This document shows positions 51,001-59,223 of a stretch of DNA of 64,000 bases, one piece after another. Both the position numbers and the translations under genes were made by a program. Source of the DNA: Eledone cirrhosa (taxonomy: Eukaryota); NCBI GenBank assembly GCA_964016885.1, contig OZ024740.1, positions 406,906,001 through 406,970,000 of the forward strand. Direction: 5' to 3'. The stretch's first letter is position 1; each line of letters starts with the position of its first letter. The notes under the pieces are model-generated. The model did not search any database, was not told where the DNA came from, and was given only the letters and a program-made list of their open reading frames with translations.

Positions 51001-52663
51001 ACCTATTACAGACACCAGATATCAATGGAGTGCACCTCACATTGGTACCTATTACAGACACCAGATACCAATGGAGTGCACCTCACATTGGTACCTATTA
51101 CAGACACCAGATACCAATGGAGTGCACCTCACATTGGTACCTATTACAGACACCAGATATCAATGGAGTGCACCTCACATTGGTACCTATTACAGACACC
51201 AGATATCAATGGAGTGCACCTCACATTGGTACCTATTACAGACACCAGATATCAATGGAGTGCACCTCACATTGGTACCTATTACAGACACCAGATACCA
51301 ATGGAATGCACCTCACATTGGTACCTATTACAGACACCAGATATCAATGGAGTGCACCTCACATTGGTACCTATTACAGACACCAGATATCAATGGAGTG
51401 CGCCTCACATTGGCACCTATTACAGACACCAGATACCAATGGAGTGCACCTCACATTGGTACCTATTACAGACACCAGATTCCAATGGAGTGCACCTCAC
51501 ATTGGTACCTATTACAGACACCAGATATCAATGGAGTGCACCTCACATTGGTACCTATTACAGACACCAGATATCAATGGAGTGCACCTCACATTGGTAC
51601 CTATTACAGACACCAGATATGAATGGAGTGCACCTCACATTGGTACCTATTACAGACACCAGATATCAATGGAGTGCACCAAACATTGGTACCTATTACA
51701 GACACCATATATCAATGGAGTGCACCTCACATTGGTACCTATTACAGACACAAGATATCAATGGAGTGCACCTCACATTGGTACCTATTACAGACACCAG
51801 ATATCAATGGAGTGCACCTCACATTGGTACCTATTACAGACACCAGATACCAATGGAGTGCACCTCACATTGGTACCTATTACAGACACCAGATACCAAT
51901 GGAGTGCACCTCACATTGGTACCTATTACAGACACCAGATATCAATGGAGTGCACCTCACATTGGTACCTATTACAGACACCAGATACCAATGGAGTGCA
52001 CCTCACATTGGTACCTATTACAGACACCATATATCAATGGAGTGCACCTCACATTGGTACCTATTACAGACACCAGATATCAATGGAGTGCACCTCACAT
52101 TGGTACCTATTACAGACACCAGATATCAATGGAGTGCACCTCACATTGGTACCTATTAAAGACACCAGATATCAATGGAGTGCACCTCACATTGGTACCT
52201 ATTACAGACACCAGATATCAATGGAGTGCACCTCACATTGGTACCTATTACAGACACCAGATATCAATGGAGTGCACCTCACATTGGTACCTATTACAGA
52301 CACCAGATATCAATGGAGTGCACCTCACATTGGTACCTATTACAGACACCAGATATCAATGGAGTGCACCTCACATTGGTACCTATTACAGACACCAGAT
52401 ATCAATGGAGTGCACCTCACATTGGTACCTATTACAGACACCAGATATCAATGGAGTGCACTTCACATTGGTACCTATTACAGACACCAGATTCCAATGG
52501 AGTGCACCTCACATTGGTACCTATTACAGACACCAGATATCAATGGAGTGCACCTCACATTGGTACCTATTACAGACACCAGATATCAATGGAGTGCACC
52601 TCACATTGGTACCTATTAAAGACACCAGATATCAATGGAGTGCACCTCACATTGGTACCTATT
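1..52663. repeat. 46-bp tandem satellite array, about 1145 monomers, open at the left window edge
   Basis: Continuous head-to-tail copies of CCAGATATCAATGGAGTGCACCTCACATTGGTACCTATTACAGACA, mostly with 0-2 substitutions each. Phase check: CCAGAT starts at 1 and again at 46921 (1020 x 46). The array ends at ...GGTACCTATT (52663). Each consensus monomer has EcoRV (GATATC), ApaLI (GTGCAC) and KpnI (GGTACC) sites and no CpG. Confidence 0.99.
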
Positions 52664-52865
52664 TTACTGATTCGAGAAGATTGAAACAAAGTCGAATCAG
52701 TGGATTTGTAATTTGGCTTAATTTTTTTTTATTCAAAACTGAGTGGTTTATATCCACAGGTGGTGAATAGTAGTGTGCTACCTGGATATATGGGTTATCT
52801 GTGAATATCAAATGAGCAGTCATGAACAAAATGACGATAAGTCTGCCAGGAAGAAGTGGGGTGAA

Positions 52866-52890
52866 TGTGTGTGTGTGTGGGGGGGGGGGG
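52866..52890. repeat. Short (TG)n microsatellite followed by a G homopolymer
   Basis: TGTGTGTGTGTGT followed by a run of 12 G. Confidence 0.85.
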
Positions 52891-53206
52891 TCCTTCCCTT
52901 TAAAATACATCAAAACAGCAAATTAGATGCACTGAAGAGCCACTGCTACACTTTTTAGGCTGGTGCAGGAATGCAAATGCTAAAGAAGAAAACCTTAAAT
53001 ATAGAAGGACCTGAGGAACAGCTAAACAACTTGTCAATGAAACCTCAAATCTAAGAGAAGCAATGAATGACTTTGTGATAAAAATGTAAAAATACTTTGG
53101 ACAAATAAAGCATTCAAAGTGGACTGGTTTGAAGTAAAAATGTATTGATACTCATACCACTGTTGTGGGGAAAGAAAAACAATTCATTGAACTACAAAAA
53201 ATAAAG

Positions 53207-53390
53207 TAATAATAATAATTGTTTCTACTTTTGGCACAAGGCCAGCAATTACCAGTACATTGCTGGTACTTATTTTATCGACCCCGTAAGGATGAAAGGT
53301 AAAGTTAACCTTGGCGGGATTTCAACTCAGAATTGCAAGGGCCATAATTCTATGCGTCAAAGCATGGCGTCCGACCCTCTACCGATACTG
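53207..53390 (-). mobile_element. tRNA-derived SINE (octopod-like), 5' end clipped
   Basis: The minus strand reads CAGTATCGGTAG (A-box remnant), GAGTTGAAATCCC (B-box-like), CCTTTCATCCTTACGGGGTCGATAAAATAAGTACCAG (central domain resembling the Nin/Deu-type SINE core), GGCCTTGTGCCAAAAGTAGAAAC, then an (ATT)n tail. It is homologous to the copy at 56385-56579. Confidence 0.8.
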
Positions 53391-53589
53391 TGAAATTATT
53401 GTGTACAGTGGTCAGGTAACTTCAGCCCGTCAAAAGTGCATGTATAATACATAGAATAATGTACAAATGTCAGGAAAGTGAACAGTGTTTGAATCATGAT
53501 ATACATGTGTGCGTGTGTATGGAAAGGGGATATCAGGTGTAGTGTTGGTGAATTTCAGGAAGCATGAATGTTTTAAAGGATGCAGTGTC

Positions 53590-54982
53590 TCAGCAGCTAA
53601 CAATTGATGAAGGTAGTTTGTTCCATGCTTCAGCAACTCTGAGTGTGAAAAAATGTTTCCGAAAGTCATGGGAGCTGTGCTGTTTTCTAACTTTGTAGTC
53701 ATGCCCATGTGTGTTAGACACATAGAATTCAAAAAGGTGCTCAGGGTTGCTGTTGGCAAGATGGTTAATAATTTTGTGGGTGTTTACCAAGTCAGTTGCC
53801 AGACGTTGGAGCTTCAATGTATCCATGCCCAGGTAAGCAAGGCGTTCAGAGTATGGTAGATGCCTGATGGAGGGTATTTGCTTGGTTGCATGTCCCTGAA
53901 CAGTTTTCAGGAGGTCAATGTTCTGAGCAAGATAGGGGTTTCAGACTGATGATCAACTTCTAACTGTGGCCGCACCATAGCTATATATAGCTTTAAATAA
54001 ATAGATGGAGAGTGGCTGACAAAGGTCTTGCTGAGTGATGCTAAGACACCCTCGGCCTTCTTGACAATTTTAGAGACATGCTTTGTCCAACGCAAATCGC
54101 TGCTGACAGTAATGCCCAGGTCACGTTCACAAGAAGACTTCTTGATATTAGTGTTGTGGAGGGAGAATGTGGACGCTGGGTTTTTCCTCCTAAAATGCAT
54201 GGTGGTACACTTGTCCACAGCCAGCTTAAGTTGCCAGTCCATGATCCATTGCTGCATTATGTCTAGGTCTGATTGCAGGAATGATCTATAGTGTTCAGGA
54301 TCTGTCCTTTTTATCTCAAGGTACAGCTTAATGTCATCTGCATATTTCAGTACTGTGGCGTTCTTTAAGTTGGCATCTATGTCATTATTATTTGCAACAA
54401 ACAAAAGGGGACCAAGAACAGATCCCTGTGGTACACCAGATAACAACTCATACGGTGAAGAATGCTGTCCTAGAACCGTGACTCTTCGACTGAGAATAAA
54501 GGACTTCAACCAGTTAAAAAGATCATCCTTCACACCCATTGCAGAGAGTTTTTCCATAAGTCTTTTGTGTGGGACAGAATTGAAAGCTTTAGCAAAGTCA
54601 AGGTAAACAACATCCACCTATGAGCTGCCATCAGTGTCCAGGTGATGTCTTCAAGAAACTCGATAAGTTGATCACAGCAGCTGGAGTTAGGGATAAATCC
54701 AAATTGCAAGGGCCGGATAAGACTGTGAGAAATTCCAGAAATTCCAAAGTGTTTCTCTGGCACAGGATTCCATCAGTTTGACAATGCAGCTAGTAAGACT
54801 GACTGGACGATAGTTGACAAGCGAAGTTCGGTCACCCTTTTTGAACAGAGGAATGACACTGGTAGTTTTCCACTGCTCCAGAGTAGCACCATTGTTAAGA
54901 CAGAGTGAAAGCTAGTGCAGAAGAAGGTACCCACCATGTTTGAAAAGCAGGTACGTAACACCATCAAGACCAGGAGAGGCAT
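53590..54982 (-). pseudogene. LINE reverse transcriptase region, broken by frameshifts and stops
   Basis: ORF pieces 54773-54982, 54530-54763, 53907-54617 and 53590-53826 carry successive RT motifs (LDFAKAF, GVPQGSVLGP, YADD) split across frames and stops. Confidence 0.92.
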
Positions 54983-55510
54983 GGTTGCGCTTATTCTGAA
55001 GGTGACGTTGCAGCATTGCAGATGTAAATTCCATAGTTGTTATTGAATTTGATGTCAGAGGTGGTGGAGATGGTATGTTTTGGTTTTCAACAGTAAAAAT
55101 GCCTGCATAGCATTCAGCAATGAGTACTGCGCATTCTTTGGGGTCGTAAGTAATCTGCTTGTGTGGGGATTGAGAAGAGGACCAACTGGTGAGTGAGGCC
55201 TCTGCTTTGAGTGAACATATTTCTAGAACACCTTACTGTCACGGTTGTTGCTATGTGCTGTTCAAATTCAAGCACTGCCTTTTTTGTCACCTGCTTGAGA
55301 TGGTTGGATGATTTATTTCGCTTTTTTCTATTGGTATCTGATTTATGCAGTTTGTACTCACGTTCAGCATTACAACGTTCTTTCCTGGCAAGTTGGACTG
55401 CTGCAGTCTCCCAAATTGCACTTTTTGGCTGTTTTTTCTGCTTACGTGGCACTGATGCTGCACATGTTGTCCATATTGAGTTCAGGATGTTCTGGAGTAG
55501 TGTTGACATC

Positions 55511-56095
55511 TCAAGAGTCGTAAAATTCAAGCCAGTTTTGGCATTGCAGCTCGGTGCAGTAATAGTTCCAGTCTGCTTTATTCCAGTCAAAGTGAGCAGT
55601 TTGGAGATGGTTGTGGTTTTTGTTACTGCCCATGAGGGATAGATTGGCAATGATCATAGCATGATCAGAGTCACCTAAAGGTTCCTCAGTAGTAACACTA
55701 ATAACCGTTTCAGGAGTAGTGGTAAAGAGTAGATCCAAAGTGTTGTCACCTTTTGTGGGGGAAGTGACTACTTGAGTCCAGTAAACAACTCCAAGTAGAA
55801 GTGTTGACATAGTCATACCTATATCGCAAAAAAATACTTCTTGTTGTGATTGGTTCAAATCAATGCAAGGAATTGCTGAAAAGTTTGAACAAACGTAGAC
55901 CATTACACCACCACCACAACGGTTAATGCGGTCTTTGCGAAACAAGTTGTAGCCAGCTATGCTGAAAACCCCATCACAGAGTAAGCAATGTACCCATGTT
56001 TCCCTGACTGTAATGAAATTAGGGTTGATACTTTTGATGTAAGAATCAAAAAGATGTATCTTGTTGCATAAACTACGAGCATTTAATGACAACAA
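55511..56095 (-). pseudogene. LINE apurinic-like (APE) endonuclease domain with an internal deletion
   Basis: 194-aa ORF with N-x-R-S-L, ETW, DR..GGGV, LDL and SDH motifs. The GDFN block expected between GVVY and PT...LDL is absent. Confidence 0.88.
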
Positions 56096-56184
56096 TTTGT
56101 ACCTTGATTTCAGTTTATGATCTGGTTTTGACTACTATTTGGTACTATTTCAGCTCACTTAAATCATTAACTCTTCAAAGCTCC

Positions 56185-56384
56185 CATGCTTCCTGAAATT
56201 CACCAACACTACACCTGATATTCCCCCTCCACACACACACACACACGCATGTATCTGTGTGTATATCATGACTCATACACTGTTCACTTACCTGACATTT
56301 GTACATTATTCTATGTACTACACATGCACCTTTGATGAGTTGCAGTGCACCTGAGCACTGTGCACAATAATTTTCATTATTATT
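56185..56384 (+). mobile_element. 5'-truncated second copy of the same LINE family (3' end only)
   Basis: CATGCTTCCTGAAATTCACCAACACTACACCTGATAT...CCTGACATTTGTACATTATTCTATGTA...CACAATAATTTTCATTATTATT matches the reverse complement of 53391-53566. The first 37 nt are identical, and identity is roughly 80-90% overall by eye. Confidence 0.9.
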
Positions 56385-56579
56385 GGATTGGCAGTATCAG
56401 TAGCGGATTGGACGCCATGCTTTGCAGCATATAGTTACGACCCTTTACGGTCTGAGTTCAAATTCCGTCAAGGTTAAAGTAGCCTATCATCATTACAGGG
56501 TCGATAAAATAAAGCACCAGTAATGTACTGAGATAATTGCTGGCCTTGTGCCAAAAGTAGAAACAATTATTATTATTAT
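56385..56579 (+). mobile_element. tRNA-derived SINE (octopod-like)
   Basis: A-box-like TGGCAGTATCAG (56389-56400), B-box-like GAGTTCAAATTCC (56454-56466), core GGGTCGATAAAATAAAGCACCAG, 3' GGCCTTGTGCCAAAAGTAGAAAC, then an (ATT)n tail. Confidence 0.82.
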
Positions 56580-56867
56580 AACAGTATTTCAAATGAAATA
56601 CACTCCATTTCGATTAATGGGAGAAAACACACACACACACACACATAACAAATCTAGTTATGAATTAGAAAAATAAAACAAAACAAAAAAACAACAACAA
56701 AATACAAACATTTATTCCATATTAGAATTGTATTAATATGATGTAAATTGTTTAGTGAGTATCACTAATAAAATGAAGTTGTACAGATTTTGTTTTCATA
56801 AAATTCATTTTGGATACGAAACTAAGATTAAAGTTAGTGGCAAGACCCAGGTTAGCTAAATTAGTGC

Positions 56868-57317
56868 AGAAAGTGGAGTGAAGTTGAGAAAGGTGGAGTG
56901 TGACATAGAAAGGTGGAGTGTGACAGAGAAAGGTGGAGTGTAGCTGAGAAAGGTGGAGTGTGACAGAGAAGGGTGGAGTGTGACAGAGAAAGGTAGTGTG
57001 ACAGAGAAAGGTGGAGTGTAGCTGAGAAAGGTGGAGTGTGACAGAGAAAGGTGGAGTGTGACAGAAAAAGGTGGAGTGTGACAGAGAAGGGTGGAGTGTG
57101 ACAGAGAAAGGTGGAGTGTAGCTGAGAAAGGTGGAGTGTGACAGAGAAAGGTGGAGTATGACAGAAAAAGGTGGAGTGCAGCTGAGAATGGTGGAGTGTG
57201 ACAGAGAAAGATGGAGTGTAGCTGAGAAAGGTGGAGTGTAACAGAGAAGGGTGGAGTGTGACAGAGAAAGGTGGAGTGTGACAGAGAAAGGTGGAGTGTA
57301 GCTGAGAAAGGTAGAGT
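56868..57317. repeat. 20-bp purine-rich minisatellite, about 22 copies
   Basis: Unit AGAAAGGTGGAGTGTGACAG with a second variant AGAAAGGTGGAGTGTAGCTG. One unit near 56995 has a 2-bp deletion. Confidence 0.95.
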
Positions 57318-57485
57318 TGCTATGAAAAATAAAAGAAAGTTTCAAGAGGATAAAAACAAATAAATTTAAAGAATTGAATTGACTGGCGGCAAGGAAGAAA
57401 ATTTATGTAAATGGACACTGAAAAATGATGAGATGAGTAATGCAGACTATGAATAGGATGTAGCAGGAAGTGCAGCATGATTTAA

Positions 57486-57696
57486 CCCTTTAGCATTTAA
57501 ACTGGCCACTGAATTCTCTCAACTCTTTCTGTTCGAGTCAGCCATAACTGGCTGCTCATACCAACATTCAGATATTGTTCTCAAAATAAATAACATCAAA
57601 ATCTCGTAGATTTGATATTATGTGAGAATTATTTAAGATAAAGCCTTTACTGTGAAAATACAATAGTAAATATAGAATAATGTAAATACTAAAGGG
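57486..57696. mobile_element. piggyBac-type MITE (211 bp, non-autonomous)
   Basis: TTAA target-site duplication at 57482-57485 and 57697-57700. Terminal inverted repeats CCCTTTAGCATTTA / TAAATACTAAAGGG match at 13/14. There is no ORF. Confidence 0.85.
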
Positions 57697-58209
57697 TTAA
57701 GTTACTAAGCAAGATCAAAGTATTTGACAAATAAACTGATAGGACTGAAGTTACAAAAAAATGCACAGAAAATGGAGACAAAAAAAAACAATGTGAGTAG
57801 TTATATTAAAGTGTCACATAAAATATATATTATTTCTAAACTAAAAAAAAAAAAATCTATATTCATATTTTAGTTTTTAAGAATCCCTAAAATTTTTCCA
57901 AACTTCCATAAGTGTGGTATTACAGGTAAAATACCATTATAATAAATTTTTCAGTATAATAAAAAATTTTTCAATCCCCGGCCACACGCTCGATGTGTTA
58001 GGTCAATCTCGTTATAAAGAACTTTTCATTAAAACAAATTATTTTTTATTGCCCGTGAATTTCATTGTGAATATATATATATATATCTATATATTAATAA
58101 GAGGAATTCCAACTTTATCTGATTTACTCGTTTTATTTACAATCTTTTAAAATTTATAATGGTATTATAAGGAAATAGTATGATAGAATATTAAATTCGA
58201 AGTGTTAAT

Positions 58210-58248
58210 TGAACAAGTACTTTCGTGCTTTCGCAATCTTCAGGTTCA
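58210..58248 (-). ncRNA. Minimal type I hammerhead ribozyme motif (left arm of the palindrome)
   Basis: Minus strand UGAAC-CUGAAGA-U-UGC-GAAA-GCA-C-GAA-AGUACU-U-GUUCA. It has a 5-bp stem I (UGAAC/GUUCA), the CUGANGA core, a 3-bp stem II with a GNRA loop, GAAA, a palindromic stem III region (AGUACU) and a UH site. Confidence 0.75.
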
Positions 58249-58321
58249 TAATATGTGGTGACAGTCAAGTTTGCAATTTTCAACTGTTGAAAATTGCAAA
58301 CTTGACTGTCACCACATATTA

Positions 58322-58360
58322 TGAACCTGAAGATTGCGAAAGCATGAAAGTACTTGTTCA
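58322..58360 (+). ncRNA. Minimal type I hammerhead ribozyme motif (right arm of the palindrome)
   Basis: TGAAC-CTGAAGA-T-TGC-GAAA-GCA-T-GAA-AGTACT-T-GTTCA. Same fold as the left-arm copy, with one C-to-T difference before GAAA. Confidence 0.72.
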
Positions 58361-58510
58361 ATTAACACTTAGAATTTAATATTCTATCATACTATTTCCT
58401 TATAATACCATTATAAATTTTAAAAGATTGTAAATAAAACGAGTAAATCAGACAAAGTTGGAATTCCTCTTATTAATATAATCTTCTATACACAATCATA
58501 CACACCCGTG

Positions 58511-58520
58511 TATATTTATC

Positions 58521-58568
<48 letters not shown>
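58511..58568. repeat. (TA)n microsatellite at the 3' end of Penelope-like element 1
   Basis: Interrupted TA dinucleotide run. Confidence 0.92.
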
Positions 58569-58571
<3 letters not shown>

Positions 58572-58618
58572 AATGAATAATAACAGGTAGACATCATAAA
58601 AAGGTAGTTTATTCCGTG

Positions 58619-58730
58619 TGCTTACAAGTGTTTCCACGGTGGTACTGCAGCCTAGTTCCGCTACGTGCAAATTCACAAGTATTTGCAGAACTCGAATATC
58701 CAATGCTGTGACCACTGTTTCCTCAGAGCA
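58619..58730 (-). ncRNA. Type I hammerhead ribozyme motif with a greatly extended stem II
   Basis: Minus strand UGCU-CUGAGGA-[85 nt closed by ACAGUGGU/ACCACCGU, with inner pairings CAGC/GCUG, AGUUC/GAACU, UGCAAAU/AUUUGCA]-GAAAC-ACUU-GUA-AGCA. Stem I is UGCU/AGCA and the cleavage triplet is GUA. Confidence 0.7.
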
Positions 58731-59223
58731 GAATGGTAAATATACAATGTAAAAACCCTTAAGTGGGGTTGTTGGGGAAGATAGAGTGGAACAGGAAGAG
58801 AGAAAAGTAGGGAAGATGGAGAGAGAAGGAAAGATATGCAGGGGTTGGAGAAGTAGGAGAGAGTGGCTTGTAGATATCTTAATCAAAATGTTATGGTAGG
58901 GGTTTTATTAGTTACTTTTGGAGAGATGCGTAGATAGTTGAGGTCGGAATTATTTATTGCCCCAGAGGTCAAGTTCATAGATGTTGAGAGGGAGGTAGGT
59001 CAAAGGTGAGAGAGAGAGAGTGTAATGGATGTAGAGAGAGATATATAGGTAGAGAGGGGACAGATAAAGTATATGTGGTGAGTGAACTTTTGGTTTTGTA
59101 GTAGTAATCTAGGAATTGTACTGAGTTACCATGTATAGTGATAAGCAGTGTATTGTCTTGTAGTGTGGGGGAGAAGAGAAGGTTGTTAGCTAGAAAGTGG
59201 TGTTGTAGTTACGGGTTCGAATG

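Larger units (their letters stand above)
53391..56110 (-). mobile_element. Decayed non-LTR retrotransposon (CR1/L2/Jockey group, CR1-like): ORF2 plus 3' UTR
   Basis: Collinear minus-strand ORF fragments in ORF2 order. APE: LNARSL..K, ETW, GYNLFRKDR..GGGVMVYV, PT..NTLDL, LGDSDH. RT: QFGF, DVVYLDFAKAFNSVPH, SGVPQGSVLGPLLF, KYADDIKLY, ERDLG. C-terminus: THGHDYK..FRKHFFTLRVAEAWNKLP. The 3' UTR ends ...TGTACACAATAATTTCA. Confidence 0.93.
58090..58480. repeat. 391-bp near-perfect palindrome (two 195-bp arms, 1-nt spacer); probably inverted Penelope-like 3' termini (pLTR)
   Basis: Centre TTTTCAAC-T-GTTGAAAA at 58285. The arms pair out to 58090/58480 with three mismatches seen and no indels. Each arm contains a hammerhead motif and an AATAAA, and reads outward towards TA-rich sequence. 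Confidence 0.96.

Noticed and set aside
1-52663. CRISPR array (palindromic repeat of similar size)
   Set aside because: Monomers are contiguous with no unique spacers, there are no cas genes, and the context is eukaryotic.
1-52663. Ribozyme- or tRNA-containing satellite, or telomeric repeat
   Set aside because: The monomer has no CUGANGA/GAAA core, Pol III boxes, cloverleaf or TTAGGG-like unit on either strand.
11-52770. More than 100 long + strand ORFs as protein-coding genes
   Set aside because: All are translations of the same 46-bp monomer in all three frames. Stop-creating variants are common and there are no unique domains.
53007-53040. CTGAGGA...TAAAC...GTC as a hammerhead
   Set aside because: No GAAA core and no stem II pairing.
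53653-55642. Plus-strand ORFs over the LINE
   Set aside because: Antisense shadows of the decayed ORF2 with no recognisable motifs.
53207-56579. DNA transposon with long terminal inverted repeats
   Set aside because: The inverted segments are retroposon 3' ends with (ATT)n tails, are clearly diverged from each other, and enclose an RT, not a transposase.
56752-57345. 197-aa minus-strand ORF
   Set aside because: Translation of the 20-bp minisatellite.
57925-57950. AATACCATTATAA shared with the palindrome arm
   Set aside because: A 13-nt AT-rich match without convincing extension, compatible with chance.
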